Shown piece by piece: positions 9,823 to 17,797 of a DNA stretch of 32,000 bases. Both the position numbers and the translations under genes were made by a program. Source of the stretch: Halomicronema hongdechloris C2206. GTDB lineage: Bacteria > Cyanobacteriota > Cyanobacteriia > Phormidesmidales > Phormidesmidaceae. How positions within the stretch are numbered: the stretch's first letter is position 1; the number at the start of each line of letters is the position of its first letter. The notes below the pieces were generated by a model. The model made no database searches and was not told the origin of the DNA. It was given only the letters and a program-made list of their open reading frames with translations. The stretch lies in the NCBI RefSeq assembly GCF_002075285.3, contig NZ_CP021983.2, positions 5,070,001 to 5,102,000 of the forward strand. The letters are read 5' to 3'.

Positions 9823-10080
9823 TTACATGTACTCGACTAAGTCATCTAACGGTTCATCGAAGTCATCGGACATAGTAATCTGATCTGCCAGACTGCCATA
9901 CCCATATCGTTTTTCAGCCTCTTCCTCAGTGGAATTAGCTAAGTCCTGCCGCAATTCATGCAGAGTGTCCCCTGCGCTTTTCAGATGCTTTTCCAAGAGA
10001 AACTCAATGTAGTGCAGCACTTCGGCTTGCATTGACTCAGGTAGCGCCTCTAGCTTTTCTAAAATCACGGGTTTTACCAT
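9823..10080 (-). CDS. DUF2281-type antitoxin
   Basis: ILEKLEALPESMQAEVLHYIEFLLEKH is typical of DUF2281 antitoxins paired with VapC. ATG at 10080 lies 8 nt after a perfect AGGAGG (complement of 10089-10094). The track's 10083 start is a GTG one codon upstream. Confidence 0.7.
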   Translation of the reverse strand: MVKPVILEKLEALPESMQAEVLHYIEFLLEKHLKSAGDTLHELRQDLANSTEEEAEKRYGYGSLADQITMSDDFDEPLDDLVEYM

Positions 10081-10243
10081 CACTCTTTCCTCCTAAGCCC
10101 GAGCAAAGAAATAGATCCGTCTGTCCAGCCAAGACGTTGAGTGAGACTTTTTTTCATTATCGCCTATCTTCCAAGTCCCCCAGGTTGGTGAGACAAGGGC
10201 CGGGGGACGAAAAATAAAACATTGAGTCTCTACATAACATCAG

Positions 10244-12235
10244 CTAGAGCTGAATGATAGGTGCAAAGAGGCTTTGGAGCCGTAGCAGTTGCGCCCCCCT
10301 CAGGTAGAGCAAGTCGCCTTTGCCCAGCAGGTTGACGGCTTCTCCCTGTTTACCTCCCAGGATAATGGCGGAATCGGCTGCGCTGGCGGTTCTGAGGGCA
10401 ACGCGACCGGGTAAGTTGGAGCGAATCAAGGGGGTAACTACCTTGGCATCGGGTCGTTGGGTGGCGATGATCAGATGAATACCGGCAGCGCGGGCCATGG
10501 CCCCGAGTCGTTTGATGCTTTGCTCTAGAGCCGTGCGACTGTCTTTTTCAGCCATGAAGTCTGCATATTCGTCGAATATGCAGACAATACGAGGCATAGG
10601 AGAGCTGGCTTGTTGGTTATAGCGGCTGAGGTCGGAGCAGCGATTCTGTTCGAAGCGCTGATAGCGATGGTCCATTTCGTCCATGAGGGAGTCCATCAGT
10701 GCGATCGCACCCTCGGTATTTTTAACAATGGGCTGGCGCAACCAGGGAATGGTCTCAAATTCCGGGAAGGTAACTCGCTTGGGGTCCACCAGAGCAATCT
10801 GCAACTGCTCGGGAGAATGGCGCACCAGTAGGCTGAGTAGAAGCGATCGCAAGAATTCACTCTTACCACTGCCAGTGGTGCCTCCCACCAAAAAATGGCA
10901 GGTATTGGGATCGGACAAATCAGCTTCCACTAGATTGCCTTCCAGGTTCACACCAATGGCAATCTGTACCGGAGCAGTGACGGGCAGCTTTTGGGGCGTT
11001 ATGTACTCGTTAAACTGGGCGGTTTGCCGATCGGGGTGGGGTAAATCCACACTGACATAGCCCGCCTGGGGAGCAATCATGGGCGGAGCCGTGAGACCCA
11101 ATTGCACCCGCAGATCGTCAGTTAGCCGCAGGATAGAGTTGACCTTGACCCCTAATTGAGGTTTCAATTTCACCCGCAAAAAGGCCGGGGCCAGGGCCAC
11201 CCCCTGCAGGTCTACACCCACCCCAAAGGACTCCAGGGTACGGACCAGATGGGCCGCGATGGCATCTACTTCTACAGTGGGGGACGTGGGCTTAGGCTCA
11301 GGCGGCTTCGGCCCAGGTGGCGGCGGTGGCGGTAACTGGCCTGGTTGAACCGGTGGCACTGTTGCTTGGGGCTCGAAATAGGTCTGACATTTTTTGAATT
11401 GCGGACAAATATTACAGAGCTCCAACTGCACCGCTTTCGGTGGTGGTTCCCCCTGATGGGGCTGCCAGGCTAACCAATCGCGGATTTGTTGCAACTTTTG
11501 GGGAATCAGCTGATGCACCGCCGCTTCTAACTGCTGCCAGGAATAGATCTGCTCTTGCCAGTCTGGCAGCACACTATAAACAGCAGAATCAATGGGCACA
11601 CCAATTTTTTCCCGTAGCATATAGCCATAGAGGGCTACCTGGGCCAATTGGGCCGAGGGCTCTGGCGATTGATAGGTTTTGTACTCCACCACACAGAGAC
11701 GGTGCTGCGCGAAGTCATACACCAGGCTGTCAAATTGGCCTTGCACAAGTTGATGGCTGCCATCGGGGAGGGTGAACTCATATTTGACTTTCAATTCCTG
11801 GGCTATGAAGGTCTTGGCAATCACCTCTTTTGGACTGCAGAAGCGGCGATTGCTCACCAATAGTTGCGCCCATCGCCGGATCAATCCCTGCAACCCTTGC
11901 CACAGTTGATGCAGGGCCTGGGCTTTACTAGGGTCTTCAGCAATCGCCCCCTGCAAGTAGGGAAAAAAGTGGCTCTGATAGAGCCGTTGCTGCAATTGCT
12001 GGGCAATGCCTTCAACGTCAAGGGTTTGCGCCTCTGGAGTCAAGAGATGCTGGAAGGTCGGTTCTGAGCGCAACTGCTTGACAAACTGGTCTGACAGCTG
12101 ATGAAAGATTTTGCCAATGCCTGTGGGACCTGCTGCGGGCAAAAACATGGTCATGCCACCGAAGTGATGCCCCAGATACAACAGGCGGGGACACTCAAAG
12201 GCAAGACGAATTTTACTGACACTGAGGGAAGACAT
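10244..12235 (-). CDS. Cas4-like 4Fe-4S PD-(D/E)xK nuclease fused to an FtsK/SpoIIIE-type DNA translocase motor
   Basis: N-terminal domain: SKIRLAFECPRLLYL (first Cys), QGQFDSL (Asp), VVEYKT (ExK), QVALYGYML (QxxxY) and CNICPQFKKC (Cx2Cx5C). A PPPPPPGPKPPEPKP linker follows. The FtsK alpha/beta motor has Walker A VGGTTGSGKSE, Walker B IVCIFDEYADF and IIATQRPD. I see no TM helices and no gamma domain. I set the start at ATG 12235, which overlaps the upstream stop as TAATG. Confidence 0.85.
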   Translation of the reverse strand: MSSLSVSKIRLAFECPRLLYLGHHFGGMTMFLPAAGPTGIGKIFHQLSDQFVKQLRSEPTFQHLLTPEAQTLDVEGIAQQLQQRLYQSHFFPYLQGAIAEDPSKAQALHQLWQGLQGLIRRWAQLLVSNRRFCSPKEVIAKTFIAQELKVKYEFTLPDGSHQLVQGQFDSLVYDFAQHRLCVVEYKTYQSPEPSAQLAQVALYGYMLREKIGVPIDSAVYSVLPDWQEQIYSWQQLEAAVHQLIPQKLQQIRDWLAWQPHQGEPPPKAVQLELCNICPQFKKCQTYFEPQATVPPVQPGQLPPPPPPGPKPPEPKPTSPTVEVDAIAAHLVRTLESFGVGVDLQGVALAPAFLRVKLKPQLGVKVNSILRLTDDLRVQLGLTAPPMIAPQAGYVSVDLPHPDRQTAQFNEYITPQKLPVTAPVQIAIGVNLEGNLVEADLSDPNTCHFLVGGTTGSGKSEFLRSLLLSLLVRHSPEQLQIALVDPKRVTFPEFETIPWLRQPIVKNTEGAIALMDSLMDEMDHRYQRFEQNRCSDLSRYNQQASSPMPRIVCIFDEYADFMAEKDSRTALEQSIKRLGAMARAAGIHLIIATQRPDAKVVTPLIRSNLPGRVALRTASAADSAIILGGKQGEAVNLLGKGDLLYLRGAQLLRLQSLFAPIIQL

Positions 12236-14235
12236 TAGGGAGTCACGTAGCAAATTAACTGTGCTTGACGGCTGGCACGGGGATCTAAGACTTGAATCCG
12301 ATTTTCCTGGCAAAGGGCTTCAATCACCTGATCGATCTCTTGCTCACTGAGATCTGGGAATTGCTGCTGAGTACTTTCTATCAACACCATGAGCCCAATG
12401 AAGAGTTGAGTTGTCATGAGATTGAGGACATATCGTCTCACTTCTTCTAAAGGGGGTGGCGGTGGATTACCGGTTACAAGCTGCAATTTCTGGAGTAGAG
12501 GGCATTGTTCGAGCACTTTAGATTGGCGGACAAAGGATTGCAGATCCTGGAGATGGGGAGTTTTTTGATCGATCACTAATTCGCCAGCCCGGGCCGCATT
12601 CGCGAGCTGGTGGTAGGTTTCCAGGTACTGAAGTGAGAGTAAGTCAGGCTTTATGTGGATACAGTTAGCCCGACTATCGAAGATTTGACGATAGATTTGA
12701 TGACCTTTATTCTTCGCTTGTCCTACCCCCTCTGCTCGGATCAAGAAAAGATGATCGCAGAACTGGTTGGTGACCATTTTCTGGCAGGACTTCATGATGT
12801 GATAGAAGGACTGCATGTTGGGATCTTCGCTCCAAACGATGCCAGTACGATTCGATTTTTGGTAGGACAGGGAATAGGAAGCATAGGTGCTGCTCTGAAG
12901 AAATTGAGAGGTGATTTGGGGTACTTCTAGGGCCTCGAGAGCTTGCCTAAGACGCCAGATTAGCTCGGGGGATGAGAATTGATTAATTCGCATTACCTTC
13001 TGACGGACACTCCTAAACTCTTTATCCCAGGTAAGCTGGAAACTTGCTAATTTCTGCTCGCCAGTTCCCTGTCCATTATCGCCATCACCCTTCACCTTGT
13101 CTGGCGGAAACTTAGGCATTCGGCCATGCTGTTTGTAGTAGGTAATGAGCTGTTGGCCCAGCTTAAGCACGTTACGCGGTAGGGCTTTTTCCCCTGGAAA
13201 TTGATGTTTTAACCAGTTTCGAGTCAAGGGGGCGATAGGACTTTCTGGCTCAGGTCTGGCTTGGGCATGGAGAGGAGCCAAACGGGTAGCCCATAGAGCG
13301 GCGGCCTGGTCTAAGTTGATTTGGCGAAGCTGTAAAACTTGGTTGATTCGAGCTTTGTCGGCAGGTTGAATAGTATTTCGATTGGCTTGCCAGGTACTGC
13401 TGACAACACTAATGAGCACCAAGAAATTTTTGAGATTTTCATTGTGAATGGTAGAGTTTAGGTTAAATAGGCTCTGGAGATCAGGTTTGCCGTTTGGAAG
13501 TCTTGGAATACTGTCTAAGTTGTCAAAGCAAAGTACAATGGGCTGAGTGGAATCTGCAATTCGCCCAATATTGCCCAATATTTTCTGGGCTGCATCTTCT
13601 GAGGTGATGGACTTGCGAACTTGAAGTTTCTGGAGATCTTCCTTGTCAAGATCATCCCCCTTCAGCCAGGCATAGGCCAGCATTCTAAGATCAAAATTGG
13701 TGGCCAGATCATAGAGGACGCCAAAGAATTCCTTGCCATTGTAAATGCCAGCAGGAAAACTGGCTGCCAAATCACGTACAAAAGTTCCCCTTTCTCCCAA
13801 TATCCACTTGGTAAGAGAGCGATTGCGTAAGCTAGGAAGGCTTTTTAACCACAGTAAGAGTTGAGACTCTGATTGGCCTTCTGGTACGTGAATCAGGCTG
13901 TCAATGGTGTTGCGGAGCGTGTGACGCCATAGATAGTTGCTGTCGGGCCAAGGTCCAATATAAGCAAAGAAAGCTTTGTTGTTTAGCTGACGCTTAAGGC
14001 GACCGAGTAGATAACTCTTTCCTGACCCTGATGCTCCTGCTAGGAGAATGGTCCGAGTAATGTGATCAACGGTAATTTGATTTATAGTTTGTTCAATTTC
14101 CTGGAGAATTTGCCAATGGATGGCATCAACAACCAGGTTGGGATCTTGATTTTCTTGCCAGAAGTTTCCAGGTCTAAAAGTGCTGGGATCAAAGGGGTTA
14201 AGATTTCTTTTGACTAATTGTTTGAGCGAAGTCAC
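12235..14235 (-). CDS. AAA+/STAND-like P-loop ATPase with C-terminal winged-helix-like domain (Orc1/Cdc6-like layout)
   Basis: Walker A LLAGASGSGKSYLLGRL, Walker B IVLCFDNLD and sensor-1-like LVLISVVSST, with a long helical region and a C-terminal wHTH-like tail. GTG start, 666 aa. It is noticeably more AT-rich than its neighbours. Confidence 0.8.
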   Translation of the reverse strand: MTSLKQLVKRNLNPFDPSTFRPGNFWQENQDPNLVVDAIHWQILQEIEQTINQITVDHITRTILLAGASGSGKSYLLGRLKRQLNNKAFFAYIGPWPDSNYLWRHTLRNTIDSLIHVPEGQSESQLLLWLKSLPSLRNRSLTKWILGERGTFVRDLAASFPAGIYNGKEFFGVLYDLATNFDLRMLAYAWLKGDDLDKEDLQKLQVRKSITSEDAAQKILGNIGRIADSTQPIVLCFDNLDSIPRLPNGKPDLQSLFNLNSTIHNENLKNFLVLISVVSSTWQANRNTIQPADKARINQVLQLRQINLDQAAALWATRLAPLHAQARPEPESPIAPLTRNWLKHQFPGEKALPRNVLKLGQQLITYYKQHGRMPKFPPDKVKGDGDNGQGTGEQKLASFQLTWDKEFRSVRQKVMRINQFSSPELIWRLRQALEALEVPQITSQFLQSSTYASYSLSYQKSNRTGIVWSEDPNMQSFYHIMKSCQKMVTNQFCDHLFLIRAEGVGQAKNKGHQIYRQIFDSRANCIHIKPDLLSLQYLETYHQLANAARAGELVIDQKTPHLQDLQSFVRQSKVLEQCPLLQKLQLVTGNPPPPPLEEVRRYVLNLMTTQLFIGLMVLIESTQQQFPDLSEQEIDQVIEALCQENRIQVLDPRASRQAQLICYVTP

Positions 14236-14263
14236 AAGCAGCCACCATTCTCTTGTACTGCGA

Positions 14264-15091
14264 TTAAATTAGGCTAATAAAAAATAAATTCCCGCCAATA
14301 TGTTGGGGGATCCCTGCTGCTAATTCAGCGTCACTATAGGTGGATACATCCTGGAGTGTGTCTAGTTCGATGCGATCGCATCGCTGCAGCTCGTAGAGCA
14401 TGGCATCCAGAGCTTCCCGGGTAAGGGGAGGCTGCAAGGCCTGACGCAGATGGAAAATAGGCAGATAGTTGTCGGTGCCTAGCTGTCGATCGAGTTGGCG
14501 AATGGTCTCTAGCACAGCCTCTGGGGTTATTGCATCGGCAGTTGTAGATGCTGAGGCGACTGCCCCTTGAGTGGTCGCCAGGGTTTGGCGCAAAAAGGTG
14601 GCATAGTGGCCTATCATCGCTGACGTCATTAGGAGAGAGGAGTTTGTAGGTGTGTACTCCTGTAGCAAGTAATGTCGCCCCTCGGGAGTAAGCCAGACCT
14701 CCTTGATTTGTGTCTTAGTCGCTTGAATCATACCCCGTTGCTGCAATTGGTGTAGCAACCGCTGGCGCTCGCTAGGGGGAACCTGCTTTGCCTGCCCCGG
14801 TGTGGCTGACTTGGTCGTAGCGGCTCTGACTAAAGCCAACTCATCCGGGGTCACTGGCAGCACGCTGGTGTCTTGGTTAAGTAGGGTTTTGCCAGCCCGG
14901 GTAATGCGATAGCGCTGAATCTCTTCGATATAGGCCACCAATCCTTTGCTGGTCAGGGCACGACAGGCTTTATCCCGTTCGCTAGCCTTTGTCTTAGAAT
15001 TAGGCTGAATTTGACTGATGAGGCTGCGATAGTCAGGTGGGTACTCCAACAAGCGCAGCAGGAACTTTTGTTCTATCGAATCTAACTCCAT
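14264..15091 (-). CDS. protein with three winged-helix-like modules (putative DNA-binding component)
   Basis: Two internally similar modules: ERDKACRALTSKGLVAYIEEIQRYRITRAGKTLL and ERQRLLHQLQQRGMIQATKTQIKEVWLTPEGRHYLL. A third lies at the C-terminus (LTREALDAMLYELQRCDRIELD). It is the first gene of the operon, 28 nt upstream of the ATPase. Confidence 0.6.
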   Translation of the reverse strand: MELDSIEQKFLLRLLEYPPDYRSLISQIQPNSKTKASERDKACRALTSKGLVAYIEEIQRYRITRAGKTLLNQDTSVLPVTPDELALVRAATTKSATPGQAKQVPPSERQRLLHQLQQRGMIQATKTQIKEVWLTPEGRHYLLQEYTPTNSSLLMTSAMIGHYATFLRQTLATTQGAVASASTTADAITPEAVLETIRQLDRQLGTDNYLPIFHLRQALQPPLTREALDAMLYELQRCDRIELDTLQDVSTYSDAELAAGIPQHIGGNLFFISLI

Positions 15092-15186
15092 AAGTGCATC
15101 CGGGAGGGGTTGTCCCTAGTTTATGCAAGGAACTTGCTATTGCCGGAGAATTTAGCCAGGCATTAACGAGACTTGACAGTCTTTCC

Positions 15187-16260
15187 CTACGATGACAATG
15201 ATTCCGACGGTGGCGGAAACACGGCGTCGAACTCCGCCAGGCTGGGTTCCTGGCGGGGCACCTGATTCAGCTGGTGGCGAATGCGGGAAATAGTGTCGTA
15301 GACGGCGCGGCGGGTGCGGTTGATGCCGCCCAGGGGCCGATGTTCCGGCAGGGCGTGCCAGGGGCTGTAGGAGAGATTTTCACAGAAGGCTGCCTGCTCT
15401 GAAGACTCGAAGGATTGAGCCGCAATGGTGAGGGTGGCCACCTTCTGCAGAGGTGCCCACCAGCGAATGCGGGGGTCTTCCACCGGCATTTTCACCGGGT
15501 CGGTCTGGATCTGCACGTAGAAATCGAAGCCGGCACTGTGGTCCTGCAGGTGCGATCGCATCCGTTCCCGCAGATAGTCCCGGGAGCGAAAGCCCAACCG
15601 CCGCCAGAAGCCCCCCTCCCGGTTAACTTCATGGGGAATGGCCACATATTTCACTGCCCTCTCCCCCAGGCGATAGGGGGTCATGCTCCAGTACTGGACC
15701 TCCAAGGGACTGTGGATGGTCTTCAGGCGAATCCGCAGGGCGATCCAGAGCTCCCGCCAGCGCCACCGCAAGGGATTAAGGCCGGTTAAAAAGAATCGAA
15801 TCGGATTGCGGCTCTGGGTGCGCTCGATGTCGCCGAAAAATTCCACATAGTCCTTGGCGTCCCGCACCGGAAACACCGGAAAATCCACCAACAGAAAGTC
15901 ATGGGTGCGGGCCTCTTGTTCCCCCTCTAGAATCTTCTGTCCTGGGACTTCAAATAACTTCAGGGCCATGCCATGGGCATCCCCCTTGGCATCGTCCTTG
16001 ACGCTGAAGTTGGAGTAGCGAATACAGACCGGAAAGGTCTGCCCCGGCGTTTGCAACACCCCCAGCCGCAGGGCCGGATCCTCAGGCAGGTGCGGATCTA
16101 CCTGGAAACTGCCCCGGACGCAGCCATGGCCCTTGGGATGCTCTCCCCGCTTCACCGGCGGCTGTTTATTCAGAATCCGCTCACTGATATCGGTGACCGC
16201 CGCAATGGCCGCGGCTTCATCCGGCGGTATCTGTTCTTGACCAAGGGCTGGGGCAGGCAT
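15187..16260 (-). CDS. catalase-related heme protein (mini-catalase, cAOS-like size class)
   Basis: KRGEHPKGHGCVRGSF matches the catalase distal RxxHxKG motif. RTRRAVYDTISRIR fits the proximal Tyr/Arg motif. At 357 aa it is well short of a full catalase. Confidence 0.7.
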   Translation of the reverse strand: MPAPALGQEQIPPDEAAAIAAVTDISERILNKQPPVKRGEHPKGHGCVRGSFQVDPHLPEDPALRLGVLQTPGQTFPVCIRYSNFSVKDDAKGDAHGMALKLFEVPGQKILEGEQEARTHDFLLVDFPVFPVRDAKDYVEFFGDIERTQSRNPIRFFLTGLNPLRWRWRELWIALRIRLKTIHSPLEVQYWSMTPYRLGERAVKYVAIPHEVNREGGFWRRLGFRSRDYLRERMRSHLQDHSAGFDFYVQIQTDPVKMPVEDPRIRWWAPLQKVATLTIAAQSFESSEQAAFCENLSYSPWHALPEHRPLGGINRTRRAVYDTISRIRHQLNQVPRQEPSLAEFDAVFPPPSESLSS

Positions 16261-16284
16261 GGCAACCTCCAGGGAGTGAGGACA

Positions 16285-17749
16285 TTAGGGAGCATTGGCG
16301 AGGAACCGCAGGGACTTGAGGCTGGGCAGCAAGAAATAGCCGCCGCCCCGCATGGCCACAAACCGAGGTAAATTCAGCAGGCGCTGGCGCACCGGGCAGC
16401 GGGGAATGGTCATGGTGCCGGTGCCATCGTTGTCGCCGATCAGGGGGTCCTTGTTGTCATAGAGGCCATTGAAGCTGGGATCGTTGGCCCAGGTCTGCTG
16501 CACAAACTCGAATTGGCGGCCGATGTCGGCATTGAGGCAAAAGAAATGCAAGCCCCGTAGCTGACCGTCGTCTTCGATATCCAAGGGCAGCTTGCCGGCC
16601 TCGATGTCATCTAAGGGAAACAGGGGGTCGCCAAACAGGCTGCCCCGTCGCAAGATTCGATGGCGGCTAGAGGTGGTAACCGATCCCTCACCGGGGGCAT
16701 CCAACAGGGAATCGCGGGGGTGGGTGCGGCGGATGTGGGCTCCCATGGGGCAGCGTCGGCCATCGGCGTCTTCGGCCAGATAGGCAAAGGCATTTTTATC
16801 CGGCAGCTGGGGATTATCCTGCTCGGGGGCCAGGGTCAGGGGGGTGCCGCTGGGCCAACGCCCTACGAATTTGGCGGCAATCAGAGCCATGGCCTCGGGA
16901 TCAGGGGTGCCCTGGTCATCTACAGTTTGGGCGGCGATATAGCGCCAGAAGCCGGCCACATCCTGAGCTAGTTTGCGGTAGACCAAGAAGCTGCCATTGT
17001 GGCCGAAGTCTTTCACATCGGGCAGTTCCGTGCCGGGAAACGGGGGCAGTAGACTCTCGGGATCGGCTGGGTTGGGCACTACCGGCGTGATCGGCAAGAT
17101 GCCATAGCCATCCGGGTAGCCCAATAAAACTTCGCCGATGGCAACGGTGTTCTGGGTGTGGCGGCGAGGCTTACTGAGGCCTTCAATATCCGGTTGGGAG
17201 ACGCTGTCGTTGAAGCCGAAATGTTCCTTGAAGCTGGGCAGGCGAAATCCTGTTTCTTCCCTCACCAGAGTGAGGCCGCTATCAGCCTGCGATAACAGCT
17301 GCTGTCGGTAGGCGTCAAGGCGCTCGGGGCTGGGGCCGTGGAGCAGCACGATCACGTGGATCGGGGGGCCGCTGGTACCGCCGAATTCCCATTGGTCGGG
17401 AGCGCTGGCCCGGTATCCCCCAGAATCTCAGCCCGCTTCGGCTCGGCCAGGCCTTCGGTGAACTCTCGCGGGCAGGTGTTGAGGGCCGTCTCCACCAGGC
17501 CATAGCCACCAGACCGGCATGGGTGAAGGCCAGGTTGCAGGTGACCTCGGGCTTGATGGTGCTGCCGTCAGGCTTTTGCGGCCAGGGTTTGGCCGTGGTC
17601 ACCTCGGGAATCACCTGCCGCAGCCAGGCTTTGGCCCCGGCCCGGTCGGTGATCGTCAGGAGGCCATAGCTGGTATAGAGGAGGTGGCCAAAGCCACTGA
17701 GAACAATGCCCTGGATATCCTCGCGGTCCGGTGGGGTCAGGTCTGTCAT
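16285..17749 (-). pseudogene. DyP-type peroxidase interrupted by two 1-nt frame changes
   Basis: DyP motifs present: HFGFNDSVSQP (GxxDG-like), GAHIRRTHPR (proximal His) and ILRRGSLFG (distal Arg). The N-terminal ORF (from 17749) turns into Arg/Pro-rich nonsense after ...THAGLVAM. A plausible sequence continues in a second frame (GLVETALNTCPREFTEGLAEPKRAEILGDTGP, about 17490-17410) and then a third (SAPDQWEFGGTSGPPIHVIVLLHG...). Confidence 0.7.
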
Positions 17750-17797
17750 GGGGATAGTCTGGATGGGGGTAGACGATTATGGAGCCTAGTCGGGGAC

